DNA from: Eledone cirrhosa
Taxonomy: Eukaryota
Assembly: GCA_964016885.1 (NCBI GenBank)
Contig: OZ024740.1
Coordinates: forward strand, 92,318,001 to 92,382,000
Length of the DNA: 64,000 nucleotides
Direction: 5' to 3'
The notes beneath the pieces are model-generated. The model searched no databases, was not told where the DNA came from, and saw nothing but the letters and a program-made list of their open reading frames with translations. The translations under genes and the position numbers were made by a program. Every line of letters starts with the position of its first letter. Positions within the stretch are counted from its first letter, which is position 1. Shown here one piece after another: positions 44,243-57,991 of this stretch.

Positions 44243-44483
44243 CTTTTGTAGCTGTCTCGGCGGCCTAGTTGGAGGATTCATAGACAGTATTCGATCATCC
44301 GTGTCTGAAGTTCGATCCTGGCGGAAGTAGGGCTGCCGCTAAACTATTTCAGTTTTCTTGCATGTGATGTAAATTATAACTGAAAAAAGATTACATGTAC
44401 CCCTCGACCGGGATTGAATCCAAGATCAGGATCTCCACCGTCTCTTGTACCTACCGCTAGTTCACAGAGACAGCTACAAAAGA
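44243..44483. repeat. Convergent pair of degenerate tRNA-like heads
   Basis: cttttgtagctgtctc (44243) inverted at gagacagctacaaaag (~44467); B-box-like gttcgatcct (+) and gattcaatccc (-). Confidence 0.45.
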
Positions 44484-44725
44484 CTACTGAAAATCTCATA
44501 AACATACAGTGAAAATTTTCAATACAAATTGGTGTGGTTTCTTTAATTTCTATCTTAATGTTATTGCTCCTAATTAAAGTCGAACTCTAAGTCATTTGCG
44601 TGTTCCATAAACTACATCCTCGTTTTGTTTCTCATCGATCTAGACTATATTTAACCTATCATCCTTCTTTCATTACTTATGCACATTTTTCTACAACATC
44701 CTTCTCTCTTTCTCACTTTCTTTCC

Positions 44726-44795
<70 letters not shown>

Positions 44796-44849
44796 ATATC
44801 TCTCTCTGTGATATTTTACTCTACTATGATTTGGGATTACCTTATTCAT

Positions 44850-45434
44850 ATAAAGGCTGGAGACATGATGTGAAAGGCAGGGTGATCCACTGGCATCTAT
44901 ACAAAGTAAACAATTTACCACGTTCAGAGAAGTGGTATGAGCATAACCCAAAGTCGGTAATAGAAAACGAGCAGGTGAAGGTGCTATGGGGTTTTAGGAT
45001 ACATACGGACAGGAAATTAGAAAAAATTATGTCTGACCTGGTGGTTTTGAAAAAGGAAAAAAAATCATTCCTTGTTGTAGATGTAGCCTGCCCATTTGAC
45101 TCAAGAGTGCAATAAAAGGAGAGGGAGAAATACATTACCGATATCAGGATTTAAAGTGGGAGTTAAAAAGGTTTTGGAACTGCCATGAAATCAAGGTCGT
45201 CCTGATTGTCATAGGAGCACTAGATTCTATCTCGAATTTCCAAGGATGGTTAAAGAAAATTAGTCCACTCCCGCTTTTTGAAACACTTCAAAGGGCATGC
45301 TTGCTGGAAACTGAAAGAACCATCCGATACGTCTGAATATATGAGGCTGCAGGTAGCGGCTTGATATTCATTGCAACAAACTTTCCAGTTAAATAACACC
45401 AATGATTGAGACTCAAAGAACAACAATAATAATA
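44850..45434 (+). mobile_element. 3' fragment of an R4/Dong-type LINE (restriction-like endonuclease)
   Basis: RHDVKGRVIHWHL, WYEHNP, DLVVL..VDVACPFD; ends in (AAT)n; paralogous to ~50700-51275. Confidence 0.85.
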
Positions 45435-48400
45435 ATGCTTTCTTTATTAACCACAAAGGTCTACATAAAGTAGACATTAAGGACAGTACAGGACAATACA
45501 GGGCGATACAAATGGGCATTTCTGCGTGTAAAAAAACAAGAAACAGAGAATGTAATAATAGAACAATGAAAAAATTCCCCAATAGTGGGGAGACTTCCGA
45601 GGCACATTCGTGGAGAAAGCCCATTAAAAAGACACAGTGACCCTGACCATCAGGGCAAGTGCCCTCTCCCAGTTTTCCACCTTTAATTTACAGACACATA
45701 CTCAGAGTAGGCCCATTCACTAGGGCCATTCTTGCCTCTCTCATCCATCTTTCAACAAAATGCTGGGAAGAGAGCACTTCCCTTTCTACCCTGATTTTGC
45801 TTTTTAAATGAGTTTTGAAAAAGTTAATCAGGGCATCACCGACTGACGGCACCTCCATGCCTGTAGAGTTTATCCGGAAATGGCAAAGCTACTCGGTAGC
45901 ACTGCCAGGCCAGGGATTTCTGGAAGTTGTCCATAGGCCCCGCCCGAAAGTTCTTCCGAAGAGATTGGCTAGTTGATTTTCGTCGACGCCTAGAGTTTCC
46001 CCAAGTACGTTGTCGCTCTCCCCCTCCACTAATCTTCTATAGAACACCAAGGTAGATTTTCCACCGATCACATTGCCCTATTGGTCGAGTTCCTATGAGC
46101 GCCTGAAGACATTCCAGTCTCCAAGCGCTCCCTCTCGGTCTTCGCTTGACCCAGGACTGCAGCTCCGTCAAGGAGACGAGCAGGGGTAAGACGCGTCTAG
46201 CGAACGGAGACCACACCTGATCACCGTCGAGGAAGAGCTGGAGATGTCGTAGCCTGAGCGCGTGTCTGCGCATCATCAGCCACGGCATGCCCATCCCTCC
46301 ACGTAGCGGGTGTTGACAGCATATGGACCGCCTGACCATCGGAGCGCGTCCCTTCCACAAAAAGCGACAGAGCAAACGCTCCAGCTCAGCCAGGCGGGGC
46401 TTAGGACAAGGTACGACGGTCAGGCGGTAGTAGATGACGGACGCGATGTACGCGTTAGCCACCTCCGCTCGACCTTTCAGGGATAACTTCCTCTCGGCCC
46501 ATTTCTGGGTGAGAGAAGCCACCCTGCTCGTCACCTCGTCCCAGTTTTTGTCCGTCTGGAGATCCGTACCAAACCAGACCCCGAGCAATTTAACCGATCC
46601 GACCGTCCAGCGCCCGACGACGCTGTTGGACGGCATGTACATGCCACTCCAGGGGCCGAGCTGCAGGCCCGCTGACTTTTCCTGGTTGATCATTGCTCCT
46701 GTCACCGCTTCGTATTCTCTTAGTGTAGTGCCGATCGCCTCGATGTGTTTGGCGTTCGACACCACTACGATGACATCGTCCGCATATGCTGACACGGATC
46801 TACCGCATCCTAGTTCGCACGGGACTCCCTTCAACGTCTCCAGTGTGTGCAGTAATGGCTCGAGAGTCAATACGTACAAGAGGGACGAGAGGGGACATCT
46901 TTGGCGGACCGAGTGCATGATGTTGAACGGTTCCGAAAGGTGATTGTTCACTCTCACCACAGAGCAGATGTCGCTGTGCATGGCAATGATCCAGCCTCTG
47001 AAGACGGGCCCAAAGCCAGCCGCCCCCAGGACTGCCGCTAGATAACGATGGTCGACCCTATCGAAAGCTTTCGACTGATCTAAGGCTGGTAAGGACGCGT
47101 TTAGCTTCCAGTAGCCGGGTACTCGTCTATGAAGCCTATCTAAGTCAAGCACACAGATCACGAATTTGTGGTCCGTGTAGCTTGAATTGTGAACAGCCTA
47201 TGCTAGACCTATATATTTCTCTACACAATACTCTATCTAGATATGTTCTGGATGACCCTATGCGATTGGCACATTCGGGAAATCCAATACGTACCTGTCA
47301 GACAGTTCAGAACGCCTGGGCAGGTTGGTGAGACTTTTACACTCTCCTCCCCCGGAAGAAATCAGGCCGCCCTGCTCCTATCGGGGCATAGACGGCCTCT
47401 AGCCTGAAAGCTTGCCCCTCTCTGCTGGTCACGTGCAGCACAACCAACTTACCTTCTGGGTCCAGGAAGATGGCCCGTATGGTGAGATACGAACCTCTCC
47501 GAAAAAGCACAGCAACTCCTCCCCCCGATCCCGGACGGCTAGGAGATGCGTACACATCGTTGCCACCGAAGATCGGTACGAAGGCCCGTGCTTCGGAGAT
47601 TCTGGTCTGGCTGATGGCCACTACACCTATGTTTAGTGACCTGAGGTCGTTGTGCAGGTGGCCCTGCTTCGATGACGACCCCAAGCCACGCGCATTTATA
47701 CTGCCTATTCTGAGTGAGGTCATGTTGAAATGGTTTGGAAAAGATGGGAAATACCACTTACCTTACTTCTCGTAGAGGAAGGACGGTTTCTACATCCTTT
47801 TCACTGCTTGTGGCCTCCTCAGGAAGGATGTCCTTATACATCCTCCTGGAGAGTGCTTGTCGGAAGTCTCTGATGTATTTTCTGAATTTTTTTTTAGTGT
47901 CATGTACGTTTTCTGTGTGATGCGAGTGATTTGTATGTGTGGAGGTTGTGTGAACATTTGGGTTGTTGATAGTCTTTATCTGTGATGCTGGTGTTGTGTT
48001 GGATGTAGTGTAATAATTGGTTGTTGTTCAAATTTAATGGTGTGTAGTGTGTATCGTTTTGGTTGTTTTGTTTTGTTTGTGTTCGTTGTGGGTTTGTTTC
48101 TGTTTCGCCTTTTGGTGACTTTTGTGGTGTAGGTGATGGTGGTGTTGGTGTTAATGATGGTGATGGTGTTGGTGTTTTGGGTGATGGGGTTGGTGATGCT
48201 GGTGTGGATGGTGGCATATCTGTCCTAAATTTTTTGTTTTATTATTTATTTGTTTCCCTCTGTATTTTGTTTTTGGAGGGGAAGGAAGAGAATATTTTCT
48301 TTTATGGTTTCTTTTAATCTTTATTCCTGATACCGTTTCCCACTCCTCGTCGTCACAATCTGCCTCCAGTTGTGATAGGCCGGGGACTGGAAAATCCTCC

Positions 48401-49713
48401 ACAGGCGTTAGTTTTGCTTGTGGCGTGGTGGATGGTGTAGGCGCTCGTGCTAGTTCTGGCGCGTTGGGTGATGGTGGTGTTGGTTTTGCTACTGTTGCTG
48501 GGGTTGTTGCTGCTACGGTTGTTGCTGCCATCTCTGCTGCTGGTGGTGTTGATGGTTAAGTCACTGGGGTGGGTAGGAGAGGTGGCATCAACCTGAGGGC
48601 AGAAAACCCTTAGGTGGGTTTCTTCACCACAAACGACACACCTAGGCCTTCTGCCCTCGACAATTACGGTGAGGTGGCTGCCGTCAGTGGCATCTGTACG
48701 TAAAGTTCATAGGACTGACCATCCAAACCAGGCTATTTACCCCTTGTGCAGCCAGTCATTGTCTCCCGTACTTCAGCGGCTGTTATCGGCTTTTCGCAAC
48801 ACTTTGCCTCAGTGGCCGAGAGACGCGGCAGACCGTCGAGGTAGACACTAATGTGCATCCCTCAATCCGGCCCGCCGCTGACCCCGAACAGCTATGCGAA
48901 GTGTCGCTGAAAAGCTTCACACTTTTTCCCGGGATCGAGTAGCATGCGCCCGTCGTGGTCCCCCCCAAACCGGATCGTGGCATCGTTGCCACGACGCACC
49001 TCTGCCACTCGGGCCCATTGAACGGCTTTCGTCCCCTTGTGTCTGAGAGCACGCACCCTAGCTCTGACAACGAAGCCTTCGTGCTCTGCATTGAAGAATT
49101 GGTCGAGGACAATTTCGCCGCAAGTACGCCGGTCGCGGTGACTTTGCTAAGCTCCTCGTCTAATTTTCTAACTAGTTCTCCCACTGCTCTATTTTTCTCT
49201 ATTGCTAAAGCCTTACTAAACCTAATGGATTCTATTCTAATCGCTCTTTTCAGAGCAAATCACCACTTGTTGTTGACGATGGGTCCCGTCAACTCCCGCT
49301 TAACTAGTTCGCTAATCCTGTCTATGTAGGCCTTGTGCGCTGGTAAGGATGCGTTTAGCTTCGAGTAGCCGGGTCCTTGTCTATGAAGACTATCTATGTC
49401 AAGCACACAGATCACGAATTTGTGGTCCGTGTAGCTGACTATCTTGAATAGTGGACAGCCTATGCTAGACCTATCTAGCATACAAATACTCTATCTAGAT
49501 ATGATCTGGATGGCCCTATGCGATTGTCCAAGTCCACATTGGCACATTCGGGAAATCCAATCGGTACCAATCAGACAGTTCAAACGGCCTGCGCAGGTTG
49601 GTGAGGCTCTTGCACCCTCCTCCCCCATCCGCTAATCCCACACAGTCCCAGCGTGCATCTAAGATCCCGTTCCAGTCGCCCACTAACACTAAAGAGCGGG
49701 ACGTTCCAGGAAA
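45435..49713 (-). mobile_element. Rearranged, deleted Tx1/L1-group LINE (copy 1)
   Basis: RT ORF 46037-47161 (LDQSKAFDRVDH, VRQRCPLS, SAYADD), APE 47337-47723 (GSINARGL), ORF1 with CxxC knuckle at ~48600-48650, extra APE/linker piece at 48690-49713. Confidence 0.9.
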
Positions 49714-51275
49714 GTGAGAGCAGAATACAAGTTTGGAAAGGTAGAGCTTACCATCAATCACCTCCTCTTCATGGACGATCTTAAGCTCTTCGGGAAGAGT
49801 GAGAAGGAGTTGGATGTGCTGGTTGACACTGTCCTTATTTTCAGCAAAGATATATGTATGCAATTTTGTATTAGTAAGTGTGGCGTCCTTGTGATGAAGA
49901 GGGGTAAATTGAGCAGAAGCAATGGAGTCCAGGTACCAACAAGTGAGATGATACAGGAAATTAACACTGAAGAAGGGTACAAGTATGTGGGTGTTCTAGA
50001 GGCTGATGACATAAAGAACAAACAAATGAAGGAAGTGATAAGATCTGTATACACTCGGGGAGTAAGGAGCGTATTAAAGTCACATCAAAACAGTAGGAAT
50101 GCCATACGTGCAGTAAATTCCAGAGATGTGTCTATTATTAGGTACAGTGCGGGAATTCTGAGATGGAATGTTGCTGAAAAAAAAGAAATGGATAGGAAGA
50201 CTACTAAGCTATTGACTATCTACAACATGTTCCACAAGAGGAGTGATGTCGATATACTCTACTTAAGGAGATCTGAAGGTGGAAGAGGTCTTATCAGCAT
50301 AGAGCACTGTTTTCAGATGGAGAAAAACAACCTCCAGAAATACGTGACCGATAGTCAGGAGCGAATGCTCAGAATGTACTGAAGGAGAGGACATTAGACC
50401 AGGGGATGTCCAAGGATGAAATAACAAGGAGAAAAAGCAGCCCTCATGAAAAATCCCTTCATAGTACCTTCTATGAGAAAACTGAATTCACAGATCGAAA
50501 GACATGGAACTGGTTGAAAAGAAACCTTAAAAAGGCTACAGAAGGAATGCTAATGGCTGCGCAACAGCAGGCCCTCAAAACGAATTGGCTGAAACACCAT
50601 ATTTACAAGGAGGAGGCTAGCCCACTGTGCAGGATCTGTAGAGAGAGAGAGGATACTGTGGCTCACATTGTATCCGAGTGTAAACACCTAGCTCAGACTC
50701 AATATAAAGGCTGCAGACATGATGTGATGGGCAGAGTGATCCACTGGCACCTATGCAAAGTAAACAATTTACCACATTCTGAGAAGTGGTATGAGCATAA
50801 TCCAGAGTCGATGATAGAAAACGATCAGGTGAAGGTGTTGAGGGATTTTAGGATACAGACAGACAAGAAACTGGAACACAATAGACCTGACCTGGTGGTG
50901 TTGGACAAGGAAACCAGAACGTGCCTGATTTTGGATGTGGCCTGCCCATTCGACACGAGAGTGCAAGAGAAGGAGAGGGAGAAAATTAACTGATACCAGG
51001 ACTTAAAGTGAGAGGTAAAAAGGATGTGGAACTGCCATGAAGTCAGGCGCACTAGGTACTATCTCAAGGATTTTCCAAGGATGGTCAAAGAGGATTAGTC
51101 CAGCCCCGCTTTTTGGAACACTTCAAAAGGCATGCTTGCTGGGAATAGTAAGAACCCTCCGATATGTCCTGAATTTCTGAGGCTGCAGGTAGCAGCTTGA
51201 TATTCATTTCAACAAACTTTCCAGTTAAATAACATCAATGACTGAGGCTCAAAGAACAATAATAATACTAATAAT
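49714..51275 (+). mobile_element. 5'-truncated R4/Dong-type LINE (RT end, CCHC finger, RLE)
   Basis: NHLLFMDDLKLF, YKYVGV, GGRGL, CRIC..HIVSEC, RHD, RPDLVV..DVACPFD; (AAT)n tail. Confidence 0.9.
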
Positions 51276-54200
51276 GCTTTCTTTATTAACAACAAGGGTT
51301 TACATGAAGTAGACATTAAGGACAGTACAGGACAATACAATACGGTACAAATGGGCACTTCTGCGTATAAAAAACAAAAACAGATGATGTAATAAAAAAA
51401 ATAACAATTAAAAATTCCCCAATACAGGGGATACTTCCGAGGCACATTCGTGGAGAAAGCCCATTAAAAAGCCACAGTGACCCTGACCACCAGGGCAAGT
51501 GCCCTCTCCCAGTTTTCCACCTTTAATTTACAGACATATACTCAGAGTAGGCCCATTCACTCGGGCCATTATTGCCTCTCTCACCCATCTTTCAACATAA
51601 TGCTGGGAAGAGAGCACTTCCCTCTCTACCCTGATTTTCCTTTTCTAATGATTTTTGAAAAAGTTAAACAGGCCATCACCGAAGCGGTAAGTGCTCGTCT
51701 TCAGCCGTTTCAAACGTGTCCACCATACCATCTCTTTCGCGGTGGCCATCTTCCCGGCAAAAGAAAGAGGGCGGGGCAATCCTCACGATGGATTCAGCTG
51801 ATAGCTGGATCCTTCCTACATGCGACAGCAGGTGTTAGACATAAACCACAAATCAGCAATGCTCGGACACTGGACGAGAGCGTGCAGGACGATTTCGTCG
51901 CCCTGCCCGCATCTCGGACATGCCCGGCTGACGGCACCTCCATGCCTGTAGAGAACTGGCAAAGCTCGTTGAAGCATGGTGGGCTAGGGATTTCTGGTAG
52001 TTGTCCATAGGCACCGGCCCCAAAGTTCTTCCGGAGAGATTGGCTAGTTGATTTTCGTCGACGCCTAGAGTTTCCCCAAGTACGTCGTCGCTCTTCCCCT
52101 CCCCTACCTCTATAGAACGCCAAGGTGGAGTTTCCACCGATCACATTGCCCGATTGGGCGAGGGCCTTGAGCACCTGAAGACATTCCAGTCTCCAAGTGC
52201 TCCCACACGGTCTTCGCTTCACCCAGGGCTGCAGCTTCGTCAAGGAGACGAGCTGGGGAAACACGCGTCTAGAAAACGGCGACCACACCTGATAACTGTC
52301 GAGGAAGAGGTGGAAATTTCGTAGCCTGAGCATGTGTCTGCGCATCATCAGCCACCGCAAGCCCAGCTCTCCATGTAGCGGGTGTTGACAGCAGATGGAC
52401 CGCCTAACCATCGGAGCGCGTCTCTTCCACAATAAAAGAAAGAGCAAACGCTCTAGCTCAGTCAGGCGAGGCTTAGGACAAGTCACGATGGTCAGACGGT
52501 AGTAGATGACGGACGCGATATACGCATCCGCCACCTCCGCTCGACCTTTCAGGATAACTTCCTCGCTGCCCATTTCTGGGTGAGAGAAGCCACCATCTGC
52601 GTCACCTCGTCCCAGTTTTGTACGTCTGGAGGTCAACCCGAACAAGACCCCTAGCAATTTAACCCGTCCGTCTGTCCAGCGCCAGACGACGTTGTTGGAC
52701 GGCATGGACCCTCCTCTCCAGATGCCGAGCTGCAGGCCCACCGACATTTCCTGGTTGATCATTGCTCCTGTCATCGCTTCGTATTCTCCTAGTGTAGTGC
52801 CGATCACTCTGATGTGTTTGGCGTTCATCGGTGACATCGTCCGCATATGCTGACACGGATCTTCCGCATCCTAGTTCGCGGGGACCCCTTCAACGTCTCC
52901 AGCTTGCACAGTAATGGTTCGAGTGTCAATACGTACAAGAGGAACGAGAGGGGACATCTTTGGCGGACCGAGCGCATGATGTTGAACGGTTCCGAAAGGT
53001 GACCGTTCACTCTCCCCACATAGCAGATGTCGCTGTGCATGGCAGCGATGGAGCCTCTGAAGAGGGGCCCAGCCAGCAGCCCTCAGGACTGCCGCCAGAT
53101 AACGATGGTCGAACCTATCGAAAACGTTCGACTGATCTAAATTGATCAAGGACCCACCCGTGCCAGGTTTCTTGGCTACCCTCTCTACGATGTATCGCAT
53201 AGGGTGGAGGTTGTCGTGGATGGATCTTTTGGAAATGGCGCATATCTGGAGCTCTCCCACCAGACCACCAACGACAAGCGCCAACCACGTTGATAACACC
53301 TTGGCGAAAATCTTGAACTCTGTGTTTAGCAGAGTTATGGGTCTGAAATGATCTATGTTATCCCCTTTGTTCGGATCCTTTCTTAGGAGCGCCACTGCTC
53401 CTCCGTTCATAGAGCTGGGAATTCTCCCATTCTGTTGCCAGTAACAGTAGACCTCCACCATAAGGCCTCTGAACAAGTCTGGTATCTGTACGTAAAGTTC
53501 ATAGGGCAGACCATCCAAACCAGGCGATTTACACCTTGTGCAGCCAGTCTTTGCCTCCCGTACTTCAGCGGCTGTTATCGGCTTTTCGCAACACTCCCCC
53601 TCAGTGACCGAGAGCTGCGTGCAGTCCGTCGTGTCAGACGCTAAAGTCCATTCCTGGATTCGGTGCGCCGCAACCCCCGAACAGCTGAGCGAAGTATCGC
53701 TGAACAGCTTCACACATTTGCCCGGGATCGTTTAGCATGCGCCCGTCGTGCTCCCCCAAAGACCGGATCGTGGCTTTGTTACCAGGATGCGCCTCCGCCA
53801 TTAGGATCCATTGAACGGCTTTCGTCCCGTCGTGTCTGAGAGCACGCACCCTAGCTCTGACAACGCAGCCTTCGTGCTTTGCATTGAAGTATTGGTCAAG
53901 GCCATTTTTGCCGCAAGTACGTCGGTTGCGATATCTTTACTAAGCGCCTCGTGTAATTTCTTAACTAGTTCTCCCTCTGTTCTACTTTTCTCTATTGGTA
54001 AAGCCTTACTAAACCTAATGGGCTCTATTCTAATCGCTTTTATCAAGGCAAACTACCATATCTTCTTGACGATGGCTCCCGTTAACGCCCGCTTAACTAG
54101 TTCACTATCCCGGCCTCTGTAGGCGCTGTTAATGACACATTTAGCCGGGTACCTGTCTATGAAGCCTATCTAAATCAACCTCACAGATCACGAATTTGTG

Positions 54201-56991
54201 GTCCGTGTAGTCGACCATTTTGAAATGTGGACAGTCTATACTAGACCTATGTATTTCCCTAAAAAATACCCTATCCAGATATGATCTGGATGATCCGATG
54301 CGGTTTGTCTATGTCCACATTAGCACATACGGGAAATCCAGACGGTACCTGTCAGACAATTGAAACATCCTCCCCTATCCGCTAATCCCGCTAAGTCCCA
54401 GCATGCATCAAAGATCCCGTTCCAGTCGCCCACTAGCACTAAAGAGCGGGACGTTCCAAGAAAGGTCTCAAGACGCCGGAAGAAATCAAGCCGCCCTGCT
54501 CCTGTCGGGGCATAGACGGCCACGAATCTTAAGGCTTGCCCGTCTCCACTGGTCACGTCCAGCATCACCAACTTACCCTCTGGGTCCAGGAAGAAGGCCC
54601 GTATGGCGAGATACAAACCTCTCCGTAAAAGTACACTAACTCCTCCCCCTATCAGGACGGCTGGGAGATGCCTACACATCGTAGCCGCCGAAGATCGGTG
54701 CGAAGACCCGTGCTTCGGAGATTCTTGTCTCGCTGATGGCCACTACATCTATGTTTAGTGACCTGAGGTCGATGAGCAGGTGGCCCTGCTTCCATGACGA
54801 CCCCAAGCCACGCGCATTTATGCTGCCCATTCTGATGGGAAATACCACTTACCTCACTTCTTGTAGGGGGAGGATGGTTTTTTCCTACTTCTCACTGCTT
54901 GTGGCTTCCTTCGGAAGGATATCCTTATAAATCCTCCTGGAGAGTGTTTGTTGGTAGTTTCCGATGTCCTTGGGAATTTTTGTTTTCTGTGTGATACGAG
55001 TGATTTGTATGTGTGGAGGTGGTTTGAATTTTTGGGGTGTTGTGTAGTCTTTTTCTGTGATGCTGGTGTTGTGTTGGATGCAGTGCAATAATTGGTTGTT
55101 GTTCAAATTTAATACATTGTATTGTGTATCGCGTTGTTTGTTTTGTTTTGTTTGCGTTTCTTGTGGGTTTGTTTATGTTTCGCTTTTTGGTGATTTTTAT
55201 GGTTTTGGAGTCAATGATGATGATGGGGTTGGTTTTAGTGGTGATGGGGTTGGTGTTGCTTGTGTGGATGGTGGAATAGCTGTCTTAACTTTTTTGTTTG
55301 TTTATTTATTTGTTTCCACCTGCATTTTGTTTTTGGATGGGGAACCAAGATTATTTTTTTCTTTTTTGGGTTCTTTTTCTTATTTTCATTTTTTCTGATA
55401 CAGTTTCCCACTCCTCGTCGTCACAATCTGTCTCCAGTTGCCATAGGTCTGGTAGTGGAACATCCTCCACAGGCGTTTGTTTTGGTTGTGGCGTGGTGGA
55501 TAGTGGAGGCGCTGGTGCTAATTCTGGCGTGGTGGGTGGTAGTGGTTTTGGTTTTGTTACTATTGCTGGGGTTGTTGCTGCTACAGTTGCTTCTGTTGTT
55601 GCTACTTCTGTTGATGCTGCCATTTGTGCTGCTGGTGGTGTTGATGGTTGAGTCACTGAGGTGGGTAAGAGAGGTGGCCTATTCTTTTTAGCCTGAAGGC
55701 AGAAAGCTTTTAGTTGGGTTGCGTCCCCACAAACGACACACCTGGGCCTTCTACCCTCAACGATTACGGTGAGGTGGCTGCCGTCATTGAGGACTATCAG
55801 CTCTGGAATTTCCTCAATGTTTTCTTGGTCCGCTTGGATCAGGAGCTCCATCCCAGAATTCTCCTGCTATTCTTTTGTTACTTCAATTATTTTCGTGTTC
55901 GCCTCGATGCCGGCGAAGACGGCAGCCATTAGCCAGGCAATTTCGATGGCCGGTGGAACGTGGGACACCCAGACCTTCACGAGTCTCTGACCACAACAGC
56001 TTGTGACGAATGCGAAGTCGTCACGTCTTAATGGGAACATGGATTGCTCTCTGGCTTCCTGTGGTGTTCCAAAGAATACGTCCACGGTTCCATATTTCTG
56101 CCCACGTCTGATGTGGGTTTTTTTTGCCCATACATGTCCCAACCCTTTTTGTATTTTGCACTCGAATGCTCGTTCCACTCGGCGTGATTTTGAGTTTATT
56201 GTCCGATATGACCACGGCGCATAAGCGCTGATGGTCAATCTCATTAGATGACATGGGGGGGGTGATGCTGACACTGTACGCATCTTTTTTTACCATTCGC
56301 TTGGCTTCATTTAATTCATCCTGACTTACCTCGACTGTTTCGCTTTTCTTGGCAGCTTTGGCAAACGACACATTTTGTTTTGTGCTGGTGTTGATGTTGT
56401 TGATGTTATTCTCATTGTTGTTGTTGGTATTGTTTTTTTTATATTGTTTTTTTTTTAGTTTCAGTTGTAGTGGTGGTGGCGTCAGTGGTGTTCGGCGTGG
56501 AAGAGTCGATTCGGGGGAATCCATTTCGATGTCAAAATATAATATTTTTTGTTTGTATCTGTTGTCGCTGTGGTGGTGTTGGGGGTGGCGGCTTTAACAC
56601 CTGCAGTTATTGGTAATGGTGGGGAATGAATGTCTGCTTGTGACAAATTTAAATTATACACACTGCTTATATTTTTCGTGTTGGAAACCGTAGTAATATT
56701 TACAATGGTGTTGTTGGTGTGAAGTGTTACTTCATGAGGAAGGCTGTTAGCTTCGTGTCGCTGTGAGGCGTCGACGTTTTTTTTTTAAAGAATGTTTTCG
56801 TTTGATAATTATAAAAGTTTAAATGTTGGGCTCAAGGCCACAATCTTTGTGAGTGTCCTTTTCAGAAATCAATATATGTGAACTTATAAACAGTTAACAA
56901 CAAACATTTTCCATAACTGGTAATTTGAAACAACTGAAAACAACAAACATTTGCGGAGCACACGATAATACTATTTCCTATGTAGGTCGCC
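51276..56991 (-). mobile_element. Near full-length but frameshifted Tx1/L1-group LINE (copy 2) with 12-bp TSD
   Basis: ORF1 pieces 56524-54885 (RCVVCG knuckle), APE ~54830-54100, RT (KSPGLDGLPYE, RPITLLN, SAYADD); 3' aataaagaaagc; aatactaataat at 51264-51275 and 56992-57003. Confidence 0.9.
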
Positions 56992-57008
56992 AATACTAAT
57001 AATAATAA

Positions 57009-57192
57009 TTGCTCCTACATTTGGCACAAGGCCAGCAATTATCCAGTACATTACTGGTACTTTATGCTATCGACTTCGTAAGGATGAAAGGCAAAGTTAA
57101 CCTCGGCGGGATTTGAACTCAGATCGTAAAGGGACGTAACTATGCTGAAAAGCATGTCTAACCCTCCACCGATACTGCCAATTCACCGCCCT
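57009..57192 (-). mobile_element. tRNA-derived SINE
   Basis: Same family as 2508 and 4100; (ATT)n tail. Confidence 0.85.
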
Positions 57193-57212
57193 AATAATAA
57201 TATATATATATA

Positions 57213-57402
57213 AGGGCGGTTGATTGACAGTATTGGTAGAGGGTCGGGCGCCAAGCTTTGCAGCAAAAAGTTACCGCACTTTATTTTCAAAGTTCAAATA
57301 CCGCCGAGGTTAACTTTGCCTTTCATCCTTACGAGGTCGATAAAATAAAGTACCAGTAATACACTGAGATAATTGGTGGCACTGTGCCAAGAGTAGAAAC
57401 GA
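57213..57402 (+). mobile_element. tRNA-derived SINE, head-to-head with the previous copy
   Basis: gttcaaataccgccgaggttaactttgcctttcatccttacgaggtcgataaaataaagtaccag. Confidence 0.85.
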
Positions 57403-57991
57403 TATATATATACATATATATATATATTCTACTTTTGTTAACACTTTTGTTCATATATATATATTGTTTCACTTTGAATTTACACTTTGAATTTACCCGC
57501 CAAAAACCGGTGTTATTTCCATCATTAGAAATAACACGTGACAACGAAATGAATGAAGGCTGTCTATTGTAGCAGTCGCATTGAGTTACAGTTCACGCCG
57601 GTTTGGGGCCTAGATTGAAATACCCGTCGATGACGTGGATCCCCTTTTCGATGATAGAATACCACAAGCTTACGTATTGCGTAAGTTGGATTGATGATTT
57701 AGGTTTCGTAGAAACATATCGGACGTATTGCACAATATCGTTCGATTTGTCCAGATCTGTTGTCTAACCTGATTAGTTTCTTCGTTGTCTTGGTATTGTA
57801 TGGTTGGGTTTAGCCTGCCGCAATTTTCAATTTGTCAAGCTATCTAAACGTAATGTTATTACACTGAGGTCCTACCCTTATTGAGAGCTTTGCTACTCAT
57901 TCCTAATTGTAGGTCAATTTTGCTTGGCCGCAGTCAAGGCTTCGATTTTACTAAGCTTCCACTTGTATATATATATATTTATATATATTTC

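Noticed and set aside
48955-54122. Plus-strand ORFs overlapping Tx1 (e.g. 48955-49329, 51477-52010, 53811-54122)
   Set aside because: Antisense shadows of the LINE coding strand with no recognisable motifs.
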